From Torpedo marmorata (lineage: Eukaryota): 64,000 nucleotides of DNA. Below the pieces are notes generated by a model, which did not search any database, was not told the origin of the DNA, and saw only the letters and a list, made by a program, of their open reading frames with translations. Numbering within the stretch: the stretch's first letter is position 1; each line of letters starts with the position of its first letter. The position numbers were made by a program, and so were the translations under genes. Location of the stretch: NCBI GenBank assembly GCA_977017645.1, contig OZ360238.1, forward strand, positions 72,168,001 to 72,232,000, read 5' to 3'. Below, piece after piece: positions 37,017 to 50,185 of the stretch.

Positions 37017-40000
37017 AAGACCACATTCAAATGCCTGGGGCCACGTTGCATATTCCCTCAGTTCCCAGATTCTGTGCTGAGCCCGGTGGTGGAGTGGATG
37101 GTCAGGTGCACCACTCTCTGACCTCCAGCTCATTGGAATGGTCAGTGGCAGAATTCAGGAATTTGCAGACCCACCCACTGCAGCTAGCTGCCAGTTCTCC
37201 ACAGCATCATCGGCTTTCCATCAGCACAATCTCGCCTCTTATAAACAAATGATTAAAGAAATACAAACATTTAAATGGAAAAATGTATGGGGAATTGGGA
37301 ACATTACCAAGGCACAACCTTTATTCATTCTTGTGATCAGCACTGATTATTGCATAGCACCGCATTAAGAAACTCGAAACACCTCATTTAATCAGTTTAA
37401 CTGATTTAATAAACTGATTTAATAACTTTCACAGTGATGATAATGCATAAAAAGTTGAACTTTGTGTCAAATCACTGATCATCTGGATGAATGCAATAGT
37501 TTCCTACAGAGAAGAAAGGCATCATTAATAGCAACGTCCATCTTTCTACATTTAACCATGCATGTGTGAACCTAAAACCACTATCAGTTTCACAGCAAAA
37601 CGATGGCAAGCACTAAATGCTTATTCTGTCTTTACAATCACAATCTCCAGCTCATGTGTCTTTTATTTTATAAATAACTGCAGATTGCTTCATCGGCCTG
37701 CTGTTTTCCTGACAAGGACAAAAATGAAATGTTGATTAACATTATTTACCAATGAGGTAGCAAAAAAGTCCTTCAAAAGAACATTTGGAAAGCAAATTTC
37801 ACATCACTGTCAAATTTGTTTAATTTTACCATATATGACATTATTTCAGCTAAAGCTTGCTCACTGCTCAGATCTTTGAGATTCTTTTTTCTTTAACTTT
37901 AGCAATAGTAATTTTCTTTCAACAGAGTTTAGAATTGATGTATTCTGTGATTTTCAAAGTTGGGCTTCTTTGATCTGTAAAAGAATCTGAGAAAAATGCT
38001 GAAGCAATACAGTAGTTCAGGCTCTCTTCCAGAAATTTTGCATGACATAAAAGCAGAATCAAAGAGTCGCTGGTTGATTTTATCTATTAACCTCTTCATA
38101 CTTCTTCCCTAGTTGTTAAAAATACAGCTGTTCTGAAAATGTGGTGAGATGGAGGGGAGCACAACTTGCTCATTCACCAGTTAATGGATGTATTCTTATC
38201 TAGTTAAAATGATTATTGGTGAATTATCAATGGCTTGAGCTCTAATTTCACAAAAAGCTGATTACCATGATATTTAATGTTTAGCAGGCGACCAGATAAA
38301 TGATTACAGGGCAGCCAATGACAAATACAAATCATTAAAATCAGTTATCCATTCAGACTCGCTTCCTGACATAAATCTTTTATATAAACCTATAAAATGG
38401 GATGGAGCACCCTCGCAACCACAACAGATTGTTCTTGTTGCTAGGCTGGTTTTTTGCTCGTGTGTCAACTGTACCCCTTGGCACAGACTGTGGCACTGAT
38501 GACCAATCATATATGCAAGGAGTAAAGCATTGCTGAAAGGACTTTGTTTTCAAATTGTGACCTTGAATGCAAAATGTATTAATTAATGAGGATTCAATTA
38601 AAATTGGAGATTGCCATTTTTTAACCACTTAGGATTCATGTCATAAATTTTGATCTTTAATCAAAAATGATGATGAATTCTTATTTAAATAATACTTCCA
38701 CATTAGGAGATCCAAATATAAGTTGAAAAATAGAATTCTTTTCTAAAATAACAGATGTTAAGAGATAGGAAGAGCCTAAATCTAAACTGAATGGACAAAA
38801 CCAGCCTGATACATACAGTTAAGTATATTACTGAATTTTGGAGATTATTGTTTAGATCACGATTCAAAGTTTGTGTGTTTTTCTTCCTCCATTTCTTCTG
38901 CCATTTTCCTACCTAATCGCAAGAGACTTTATCACGTTTGTTCTCATTTTCGAGCAGCATTCACTTGCAAATATCCTAAGCTAGAGTCTGCCTGTGATTA
39001 AGGATACATTTAAAGTTACTCTGCAGTGGCAAAGAATGAGTTGCTGGATATAGTTGTTATAATTACTTAGAGTATTAAAGACGAATACAATTGATTACAT
39101 TTGTACAAACGGTCTTCCTGGTTCAAAAGGCCGTTCATTCCATGTTCTGTTTAAAGATAAGATATGAGAAGGTAAATGATTTTTCCCAACTTACCAAGTT
39201 TCTGAAAGGATCTCAGATCAATGCCCATATGCAAACTGTACAAGTATTCCAAAGTCATGCTTTCATGTGTGTAATGCAAGCCTGTTATTGGGGTGATGAA
39301 TCCATGCAAACCGAAAGAGTGCGTTACCAACTGAAATGACAATCCTGTCCTATTTCCCTGTGATTTATGATTATATCTTGCTAACAACTTTGGAATTATC
39401 ACATTCAGTATGAAAACGCCAAATAACGCTGAATATTTATCTCAAAATCACATAGCAGTATGAATCTAGTCTAGTTATGAAGAAATGATCTACTATTATT
39501 ATTAAAGTCATATAGGTGATAAATATCTTAAATTTATGGCTTCTTTAATTAAAACAAACTCAGGTTATATCAGGTTTGCGTGCAATGCTTATTTATTTTC
39601 TGCAATAAGCATTACAAGAAATCTTTTGAGGCTCTTAAGTTTTCATTCCATAACTGTGACTAAGCGTCTGCAACACATCCTAATATAATGGCCTTGGTAA
39701 AGAATGTAAGCACATAAAAGGAGGGATTGTTTACTGACATCATTGAAGGGTTTCTATTAAAATATACATTGTATACATTAAATATAATTCAAATTGCTAT
39801 GAGTGATCTCCAGAGAATGCTTTCAGAAGCTATCTGAACATTTTTAATTTGAATTGAAGCTCCCACATTGAGACAGTCACTGGTCAGTGGCTGATTTGTG
39901 TCCAGAATTAATATATGTTGAGTGATGCTTTCTTGGTTTTTTTTCTGATTCTGTTTCCATAATGTTTGCATTTTATCATTTAAGGAACAGCTTTTTAAAA

Positions 40001-40304
40001 ATTATTTTCTGCATTTAAATATTATGTTTTGCATCAGACTTTCCATTAAAATATATAATATACCGGTAAATATAAAAGTGTTACTCTTAAAACCAAGTGA
40101 AAAATTCTCCTTTAATTGAAATAATTAGATGCATTCATAGTTTCACTTAATTATAAAGCCTTCATTAAAGACCTCAAGGACATTGGAAGGATAGCTGAAA
40201 TCGAGGGTTATTAGTGGCAGTCCCATAGATTGCTTGCAAAGTTATAACAGCAACTAGTCTTCACAGTTAACTGCCAACAAACTGGCGTTTAGATCTTGTA
40301 TAAC

Positions 40305-43300
40305 ACTTACAGCACAGAAACAGGCCAGTTCGACCCTTCTAGTCCATGCCGAACACATTCTCCCACCTAGTCCCACTGACCTGCACCCGGCCCATAACCC
40401 TCCACACCTCTCTCGTCCATATACCTATCCAACTTTTCCCTAAACATTAAAATTGAACCTGCATCTACCACTTCGGCCGGAAGCTCGTTCCACCCTCCCA
40501 CCACCCTGAGTGAAGAAATTCCCCCTCATGTTTCCTCTAAACTTTTGCCCCTTCAATCTCAATCCATGCCCTCTTGTTTGAATCTTCCCCTCTCTCAATG
40601 GAAAAAGCCTGTCCACATTGACACTATCTATCCCCTTCATAATTTTAAATACCTCTATCAAATCACCCCTCAACCTTCTACGCTCCAGGGAATAAAGTCC
40701 CAGCCTGTTCAACCTTTCCCTGTAACTCAAACCCAGAAACCCAGGCAACATTCTTGTAAATCTCCTCTGCACGCTCTCTATTCTGTTTATATCCTTCCTA
40801 TAATTCGGCGAACAAAACTGCACACAATATTCCAAATTTGGCCTCACCAATGCCTTATACAACTTCAACATGACATCCCAACTCCTATATTCAATACTCT
40901 GATTTATGAAGGCCAACATACCAAATGATTTCTTCACCACCCTATCTACGTGTGACTCAATTTTCAGGGAATTATGTACCAGAATTCTTAAATCCCTCTG
41001 TTCTACTGCACTTCTCAATTGTCTTCCATTTAACATGTATGACCTTTGCTGATTAATCCTACCAAAATGTAGCACCTCACATTTATCAGTATTAAACTCC
41101 ATCTGCCATGTTTCCGCCCACTCTTCTAACAGTCCAATATCCCCCTGCAAGCTTTGATATCCCTCTTCACTGTCCACAACACCACCAATCTTCGTATCAT
41201 CTGCATACTTACTAATCCAATTTACCACCCTATCATCCAGATCATTAATATATATGACACACAGCAATGGACCCAGTACCGATCCCTGAGGCACTCCACT
41301 AGTCACCGGCCTCCAATTTGACAAACAATTTTCCACCACGACTCTCTGGCATCTCCTATCCAACCATTGTTGAATCCATTTCACTACTTCGTCGTTAATA
41401 CCTAATGCTTGAACCTTCCTAACTAGCCTCTTATGCGGAACCTTGTCAAATGCCTTACTAACAACATGCCTTATAGACAACATCCACAGCCTTCCCCTCG
41501 TCAACCTTCTTAGTAACCTCATTGAAAAACTCTTATGAGATTTGTCAAACATGATCTACCACAAACAAAACCGTGTTGACTACTCCTAATCAATGCTTGT
41601 CTTTCCAAATAACTGTATACACCATCTCTAAGAACACTCTCCATTAATTTACCTACCACCGATGTCAAACTCACAGGCGTATAATTTCCAGGTTTACTTT
41701 TGGAGCCCTTCTTAAACAGCAGGACAACATGAGCTACCCTCCAGTCCTCAGGCACCTCCCCCGTGGCCAGTGACATTTTAAATATTTCTGTCAGAGCCCC
41801 CACTATTTGTACACTAACCTCCCTCAGGGTCCTTGGGAATATCCTGTCAGGACCTGGAGATTTATCCACCTTTATACTCTTTAAAATAGCCAATACTACC
41901 TCCTCATTAATCTTTATATTATCCATGACCTCCCTGCCAGATTGCCTTACTTCACCTGGCTCAATATTCATTTCCTTTGTAAATACTGAAGAAAAAAATT
42001 CATTTAAAATCTCCCCCATCTCCTCTGACTTCTCACATAGCCTACCTGTCTGATCCTCAATGGGCCCAATTTTATCCCTCATTATTCTTTTGCTTTTAAT
42101 GTACCTGTAGAAACCCTTTGGATTTATTTTTACCTTGCCTGCCAAAGCAGCCTCATATATCCTTTTAGCCTTTCTAATTTCTTTCTTAAGATTTTTTTTT
42201 TTTTACACTCCTTACATTCCTCAAGGACCTCATCTATTCCCTGCTGTCTATACCTGTTGTACACATCCCTCTTCCTCCGAACCAAATTCCCAATATCCTT
42301 TGAAAACCAAGGCTCCCTATATTTTCTAACTCTTCCTTTAATCCTCACAGGGACGAACCGACTCTGTACTCTCAAAGTTTCCCCTTTGAATATCCTCCAT
42401 TTATCTGTGACATCCTTCCCTAAAAATAAATTATCCCAATCCACACCCTCTAAATCCTTCCTCATCTCCTCGAAATTTGCCTTATTCCAATCAAGAATCT
42501 CAACCTTAGGCCCAGCCCTATCCTTCTCCATTATCAACCTAAAACTAATGGTATTATGATCACTAGACCGAAAGTGTTCCCCAACACAAACCTCTGTCAC
42601 CTGACCTATCTCGTTCCCAAATAGGAGATCCAATACTGCCCCCTCTCTCGTCGGTTCTTCTATGTATTGATTGAGAAAACTTTCCTGAACACATTTGACA
42701 AACTCCAACCCATCCAGCCCTATTTATGGGCGTCCCAGTCAATGTATGGAAAGTTAAAATCACCTATAATCACCACCTTATGTTTATTACACATATATTC
42801 TATCTCCTTACAAATGTCCTCCTCTAATTCCCTCTGCCCATTCGGTGGTCTATAATACACTCCCATTAGTGTTTTCATGCCTTTCCCATTCCTCAATTCC
42901 ACCCAAATAGCCTCACTGGACGAGCCCTCCAATCTATCCTGCCATAGCACCGCTGTAATGGTTTCTCTAACAAGCACTGCGACTCCTCCACCTTTTATCC
43001 ACCCTGTTCTATCACGCCTGAAACAACGGAATCCAGGAATATTTAGCTGCCAATCATGCCCCTCCTGCAACCAAGTTTCACTGATGGCTACAATATCATA
43101 TTTCCATGTATCAATCCATACTCTAAGCTCATCCACCTTTCTTACAATGCTCCTTGCATTGAAATATATACACTTGAGAGAATGTCCCCCACATACACTC
43201 TTTGATTACTCTCTCCTTCATTAACATTAACATTCTGGTTCCTCTCTTCCTTCAAATCTAGGTGTTCTTCTACCCTACTCTCCGCATTCTCATTCTGATT

Positions 43301-44775
43301 CCCACCCCCCTGCCAAACTAGTTTAAACCCTCCCCAACAGCTCTAGCAAACCTGCCTGCCAGGATATTGGTCCCCCTCCAGTTCAAGTGCAGCCCGTCCC
43401 TTTTGTACAGGTCAGACCTTCCCCAGAAGAGATCCCAATGATCCACAAATGTGAACCCCTGCCCCCAGCACCAACTCTTTAGCCATGCATTCATCCTCCA
43501 CATCTTCCTATTCCTACCCTCTTTAGCGCGTGGCACAGGCAGCAATCCTGAGATTACCACCCTCGAGGTCCTGCTTTTTAACTTTCTTCCTAACTCCTTA
43601 TATTCTTTCTTCAGGACCTCATCCCCACTTCTTTCTATGTCATTGGTCCCCACGTGGACCATGACACCTGGCTGCTCGCCCTCCCCCTCCAGAATGCTGT
43701 GCACTCGATCAGTGACATCCCTAACCCTGGCACCTGGAAGGCAACGTACCATCCGGGAGTTCCGATCTCGTCCAGCAAACCTCCTATCTGTTCCTCTAAC
43801 CAGCAAGTCCCCAATTACAAAAGCTCTCCTCTTTTCCCCCCTTCCCTTCTGAGCCGAGGGGCCAGCCCCCGTGCCAGAGACCTGACCCCCGCGACTTGTC
43901 CCTGGTAGGTCCCCCCTCCAACAGTATCTAAAGCAGTATACTTATTATGGAGGGGAACGGCCATAGGGGTTCCCTGCACTGTCTGTCTCCCCCCCCCCTT
44001 CCCTTTCCTCACAGTCACCCAGTTAGCTGACTCCTGTCTATTTGGGGTGACTGTCTCCCTGAAACTCCTTTCTATGACTACCTCTGCCTCCCTCATGATC
44101 CGAAGTTCATCCAGCTGCAACTCCAGGTCCCTAACTTGGTCTCCCAGGAGTTGCATCTGGATGCACCTTTTGCAGGTGTGGTCATCAGGAACATTTGTGA
44201 TGTCCCTGACCTCCCACATCCTGCATTCGGTACACATGACTGCCCCAACTGCCGCCATAACCCCCTCTTAACTAAAACTAGATTAAATAGGAATAAACTT
44301 ACCAACCTTACCGGCAGCACTACCTCAGCTTCTTCTCTCCGAAGCCTCTTGAGCCAAAGCCTCAGAGCTCCACTCCTTCCCTGTGCCACTCACTCACTGG
44401 CCACTCCCTCAACTTCCCTTCCTGTTATAGGTCACTGCTAATTGACTCAAATAACCAATTTCTTACTACTACTGATCACCACTTAACCTAGCCCTTTGCC
44501 CTCCATGCCATTTTTAAACTAAATTAACAATTCCAAAATTACTCACCAAGCACCAGTCACCAGTCGCTCCTCCCACTCCAACACTCCAACGCAACTGAAT
44601 AGACCGAGGCCCGAAAAAGCGCCCTTTTTAAACTAAATTAACAATTCCAAAATTACTCACCAAGCACCAGTCACCAGTCGCTCCTCCCACTCCAACACTC
44701 CAACGCAACTGAATAGACTGAGGCCCGAAAAAGCGCCCTTTTTAAACTAAATTAACAATTCCAAAATTACTCACC
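40305..44775 (-). mobile_element. Near full-length CR1 (HER1-like) LINE, frameshifted
   Basis: ORF1: CTECRMW..CKRC, coiled coil, SGNH esterase (CLPGARV, HVGTND, DGLHLN); ORF2: APE (ISETWL, YYRPP, GDFN, SDH) and RT (PGPD, QHGF, KAFD, GVPQGSVLGP, YADD); broken over several frames. Confidence 0.95.
44511..44775 (-). repeat. 114-bp tandem repeat (2.3 units) at the CR1 5' end
   Basis: Units start at 44511, 44625 and 44739; I see one mismatch between the two complete units. Confidence 0.92.
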
Positions 44776-44799
44776 TAGTTGGCACCTGTAGACATTTAC

Positions 44800-45365
44800 A
44801 CTTCAAGGATAGCAACGGCATCAAGTTCTCAAGGCCAATAGTAGAGGCATCAGCACAAAAAGTCAGTAAGATAACAAACTTGAGACATGGGGCTCGTCAA
44901 GCACAAAACATCATCATTTTGGTTGAGACCAAAGGGTGAATATCTCGTAACAGGGGATATCTGGCCAGCCTGTCTCCTTACCTCACTCCAAAACCTGTGA
45001 ACAAGAGAACAATCACACTGTCAAGTGCAGCATCCATGAGTGTCCAGAAGCTTCTTCCATTCCCTCTCAGCCTCTTGCAGGGTATTGCAAAGCATCATTG
45101 TCTGTCGTTCCTTTAACAACGTTCCAATGTTATTGGCTTAGTCCTTGTATACTGGAATATTGGCAAGCTCTTTCTGGCCAGACCACGAGGAAATGACTGA
45201 TAAGGGTACCGTCTCAATGAAAATAATCCCAACAGAAGTGAATGCCGAGATTGTCAGCACATTAGTAATCGTTCCCAAAACTGACATTTAATGTTTCAAA
45301 AATCAGTTATAAAATTTCTGGAGATAGTTGGGCCAGGAAACTGCCCTGAGGAACTCCTACATAGA
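44800..45365 (-). mobile_element. Ancient LINE RT remnant (clade uncertain)
   Basis: gggccaggaaactgccctgaggaactcc reads GVPQGSFLA on the minus strand. Confidence 0.5.
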
Positions 45366-46739
45366 TGTCCAATGGGGGGTGGGGGGTGGGGGGGGGGGGG
45401 TGGGTGGGAAGCACACTGATATCCTGAGTGCTCATTGGGTCGTAGGTGGGCAAAGATTCAGTGACAACTCCAATGCTGACCAGCACTGTCGTACAGGAGG
45501 GTGAATCATTGGAACAGCGATCGTCCCATGCCCCATTCTGTTCTGCTGCCCCAACTACATCATATTGTCCTACTTGAGGGAAAGAAGTGCATTAATTGAG
45601 GGTGATGCAATCTGATTTGGTGATGTTCAATGTGCAGATGCTGTGAAAATTGTGTTTGTGGTACTTCTAGATCTGTGAATATTAGGTGCTATACCTGACT
45701 GTTAGTGATTATTGGGACCAGTGTGAGAGAAGAGTGTGTATTGTTTTGAACAAATAGAAGGCTTACCGTGCACTTATTGGGAGATAGAATTTGATGACCT
45801 TCTCACTGACATTACCTGTGCTTTTGAGATCTGTGAATATATTGGATTACTGCAGTGGATCTTTACCCTTTGCAGTTGCCTAATTCCTTCCTATGCACAT
45901 TGCCACTTAGAAATTTGCCTTTGAAGGGCTTCCTATCTTATTCCACCCCAACTCATGGATTGAGAATTTCTCTCCTTCCTTCCACCTTGTCCATAAGAAG
46001 CACACCAGAAGTGTCAGTAAATTGGAATGTCCTCTCTCATTCACACCCATCTCTTCAGCAAGCTGCCTGGACAGCTCTAATCATTGTCACTGCTGCTTTC
46101 AGGCACAAACTACCTCAATTTTAGGAGGTGCAAGCCTGCTTAGCTCACCAATAGTTAGCTTAAGCCAGTGCTAGGCACTCATAAATTTGAAGCTTGTGGA
46201 TGTAAACTAAAACAATCCATGGCACAGTTCCCACTGGTCTGCCAATGAAATCATATTAATGAGGCTTCAGCTTATGTCTTGCATGTACTCTGTATGGGCT
46301 AAGTGGGAATGGATTACTCACACATTGCAGTTCCTGCACCTGTTTCTTGTAATTTCCAATTTAGTACCATTGACACTTAAATAATAAACTTATTTATTAA
46401 AACATGTTTATAGTCTTTCAGCTTCTGGCTTAATCCATATGCATAGCACAGCCTTTAGAATTAACTAAGTTAGGTTTAGAGCTGTTTATTTCCTGGTTTG
46501 GCCAGAGGTTTTCAGTTTGATTAGCTACTCAGTCGGTTTGATGCTTTACTGCTGATACCTCCTTGCAACCCACACAGGAAAGGGGAAAGGTACTCCACAG
46601 AGCCTGCTAGACAGGTGGGGAGGCTTCTTAGGAGCCAGCAGAGTGCTATCACTGCTGGGTTCAAAATCCAGACCCACATTCATCATGATGGAAATGATAA
46701 GTGACTCTTTTCTATCTCTGTGGATAAATGCACTGTAGC

Positions 46740-48370
46740 TTTAACAATAACAACAAATTGCTTTTATCTTACATCTTTAATGTAAGTGACTCATTATGCA
46801 TCGCAAAAACATTATTCTACAAAGTTAGGACAAGTAACCAAAATCTTCAATAAAGAGATGGGTCTTAGAGAGCATTTTACAGAGTTAGAATGTGTTGAGA
46901 GATACAAAGGCACAACCATGGATTGAGTGAAGAAAGGTAGCAGGCACACATAAAAAAGGCCAAGGTTGGAAGTGCACAGGATTCTCGGAGGATTGAGGAA
47001 CTGGAAGAAATTACATGGTGAGACATGGAAGGCTTTGAACACAAAGATGAACATTGGAAAATCAAGTTGTTGCCAAACTGAGAGCCAGTGCAAGTCAGCA
47101 TGAAGGGAAAATGGTGCAAATCACAGCAGCAGAGTCTTGGATAAATGAAGGCATATAGAAGGCAGGGGAAACAGAAGGCTGGCCACAGATATATTGGAAT
47201 AGCTGAGTGTGTAGCAGATGGGCTGTGGCAAGGATGGAGTAAATATTATACTGGTGGATTTGTTGATTTGTTGAGAAAAGGTGAGGAACAGGACTGACCT
47301 AAAGATGGATCTTCATGGATCTTAGGAGGTGATGGGGAGGGTAGCCATCATGGTATGATCTGACGTTGGTAAATGCAGTCCCTGTCGATGAAGGAGGATG
47401 TTTGAGGTGGATGGTGTGATCAATTATACCAAAGGCTGAAGTCTAGTTGGAAGGATAATGAAGTTTAATCACATCTTTGCAAGTAACTCTTAACTTTGAA
47501 AAGGGGTGTTTCAGTGTTGTGGCAGAAGTGGAAACCTGACTGTAGAATCAAGAAGGAAATTGCAGAAGAACCTATAGAGAAATTACACTTCACTTTTACA
47601 CCCAGAGAACTTATTTACTGCATCCGGTGCTCCCTTTGTGGCATTCTCTACATCGGAGAGACCGGTCGTAGATTGGGAGATCGCTTTGCTGAGCACCTCC
47701 TCTCTGTCCGCAACAACAGCGACCTCCCAGTAGCCAGCAATTTCAATTCCGAGTCACACTCCCACACTCACATGTCTGTCCATGGCCTTATGTACTATCC
47801 CACCCAGACCACCCGCAAATTGGAGGAACAACATCTCATTTTCCGTCTGGGCACTCTCCAGCCAGATGGCATTAACATTGACTTTTCTGCTTTCCACTAA
47901 ACCTGCTTGTCGTTTCCTTCCCCTCCCCCCTCACCTGTCCTTCCAGTTCTTCGACCCACTCAGCCATCCCTCCTCCCTCTCTTTGCTGCTGTCCCCTCCC
48001 TCCTTTCTCCACCTATCATCTCCTGCCTTTGCCACTTCCCCCCCCTCACTCTTTTGTTCGGACGCCTGCGGCATTTTCTCATACTTTGATGAAGGGCTCA
48101 AGCCCGAAACGTCGGTTATGTATTTCTACCTTTGCTACATAAAAGACACTGTTTGACCTGCTGAGTTTCTCCAGCATTTGTGTTTTTTACTTCAACCACG
48201 GTGTCTACAGATTTTTGTGTTTTACTATAGAGTTCAGAGGTGACATACATTAAAGATCTTTGAGGAGGAAAGGAATATTGGAGATGGGTCAGTGGTTTGG
48301 AAAGACAGAGGTGTCAGGGAGGGCTTTTTGGGGAAGGAGCTAATGCTGGTAGACTTGATCATGAACATGA
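46740..48370 (-). mobile_element. Old L2-like LINE remnant split by a Penelope copy
   Basis: Minus ORF HWLSVWQQLDFPMFIFVFKAFH resembles the L2 ORF2 C-terminal HWLP..RI.FK...VFKALH motif. Confidence 0.55.
47580..48224 (+). mobile_element. 5'-truncated Penelope-like element (GIY-YIG end + pLTR)
   Basis: LIYCIRCSLCGILYIGETGRRLGDRFAEH...RKLEEQHLIFRLGTLQPDGINIDF; candidate TSD ctatagag at 47572-47579 and 48225-48232. Confidence 0.92.
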
Positions 48371-48964
48371 ACCATACTTCAAAGGTTAATTTTTTTTGCA
48401 ACTCACCATGTCATCTGCTGCAGCCTCTTCTCAGAGTACGTAGTTCTATTTTCAAAACAGGCATGGCTCTTTGGTTACGTAATTGTAATATTTTAATGAC
48501 ACTGGTGAGGTCATATTAAAGTAGCTGATGTATTGGGCATCTGTACTGTTGCATTTAGTTTCACATTCATTGTTATATTTTGGAAAGAACTTAATATCAC
48601 AAACTCAAAATGTCCCTTTGGTCTGTCATCCATTTGTTTCTTTACTCTAAATGGCAGATTAATTAACAGATTCAGAGACAGTTGGCTTCTGTTCAAATTA
48701 TAGTTTAGGTCGATGTTACATGGATATTTTCATTGTGACCAGTAAATATTATCCACTAAAGCTTTAACTTAATGACTGATCTTTTGATCTACAGAGATTT
48801 TATAATTTACAATTGAATATTATGTGGTCATAGTTTAATTTTTTTTCTAATTTCATTTACAGTTGTATTTCTATTAATTAATGGTCTGATGATACTCTCA
48901 GTTTACTCCCTTTTTTAATCTTTCTATAAATTTAAAAGCTTTTCAGCACAATTACATCACAGTA

Positions 48965-49090
48965 AGACATCTGATCAAGGTCATTGTCCTGAAAAATATG
49001 AACTCATGTTCTCTTTCCCAAATGCTGCCTAACCTGCTGAGTGTTTCCAGCATTTTCTGTTCCTAATTCAATTTTTCTTGCATTTTCATT
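48965..49090 (+). mobile_element. Old Penelope pLTR remnant
   Basis: ctgatcaagg...cctgaaa...gctgcctaacctgctgagtgtttccagcattttctg. Confidence 0.55.
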
Positions 49091-49450
49091 GTTTTGGTTT
49101 TCTATATTAAAATGGTTAGACAATTAATCCCATTTTCCTGTCCCTTTTCATTTAAAATGTTTGTACTTCAATTATTCCTTTATTATAAAAATAACACTAA
49201 TGAATTCTACTTCCGCTCACTTTTTATTCATTTGGAGGATGTATGCATTGTCAAGAAGTCCAGATTTTAGTGTCCATCCTTGGTTTCCCTTGAGAAAGTG
49301 CTGGTGAAATGCCTGCTTGAACAGTTGCCCTTTGACAATGACGGCAATCCCATTGATAAACCATTACAGGAATTTGGGTTAATGGTTATGAAAGAACAGT
49401 AGTATGTTTTCAAGTCGAGATTTTGTATGATTGAGGGTAATCTATAGAGG

Positions 49451-50185
49451 TAAAAAACACAAATTCTGGAGAAACTCAGCAGGTCAAACAGTGTCTTTTA
49501 TGTAGCAAAGGTAGAAATACATAACCGACGTTTCGGGCTTGAGCCCTTCACCAAAGTATGAGAAAATGCTGGCAGGCGTCCAAACAAAAGAGTGAGGGGG
49601 GGGAAGGGGGTGGCAAAGGCAGGAGATGATAGGTGGAGAAAGGAGGGAGGGGACAGCAGCAAAGAGGGGGAGGAGGGATGGCTGGGTGGGTGGAAAAAAA
49701 CAGGAAGGACAGGTGAGGGGGGAGGGGAAGGAAAAGACAAGCAGGTTTAGTGGAAAGCAGAAAAGTCAATGTTAATGCCATCTGGCTGGAGAGTGCCCAG
49801 ACGGAAAATGAGATGTTGTTCATCCAATTTGCAGGTAGTCTGGGTGGGATAGTACATAAGGGCCATGGACAGACATGTGAGTGTGGGAGTGTGACTCAGA
49901 ATTGAAATAGCTGGATACTGGGAGGTCGCTGTTGTTGCGGACAAAGAGGAGGTGCTCAGCAAAGCGATCTCCCAATCTACGACCGGTCTCTCCGATGTAG
50001 AGAAAGCCACAAAGGGAGCACCGGATGCAGTAAATAAGTTCTCTGGATGTACAAGTGAAGTGTAGCTTCACTTGAAAGGCCTGTTTGGGGCCCCGGACCG
50101 TGGTGAGGGGGGAGGTGTGGGCGCAGTTGTTGCACCTCCTGCGGGCACAGGGGAAGATGCTGGGGGTGCGATGGGTGGGGAGGGA
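49451..50185 (-). mobile_element. 5'-truncated Penelope-like element
   Basis: CARRRCNNCAH...LIYCIRCSLCGFLYIGETGRRLGDRFAEH; inverted close homologue of 47580-48190. Confidence 0.92.

Noticed and set aside
40440-44258. Active CR1
   Set aside because: ORF1 and ORF2 are both frameshifted and the D(F)SKAFD motif region is disrupted near 41460-41480
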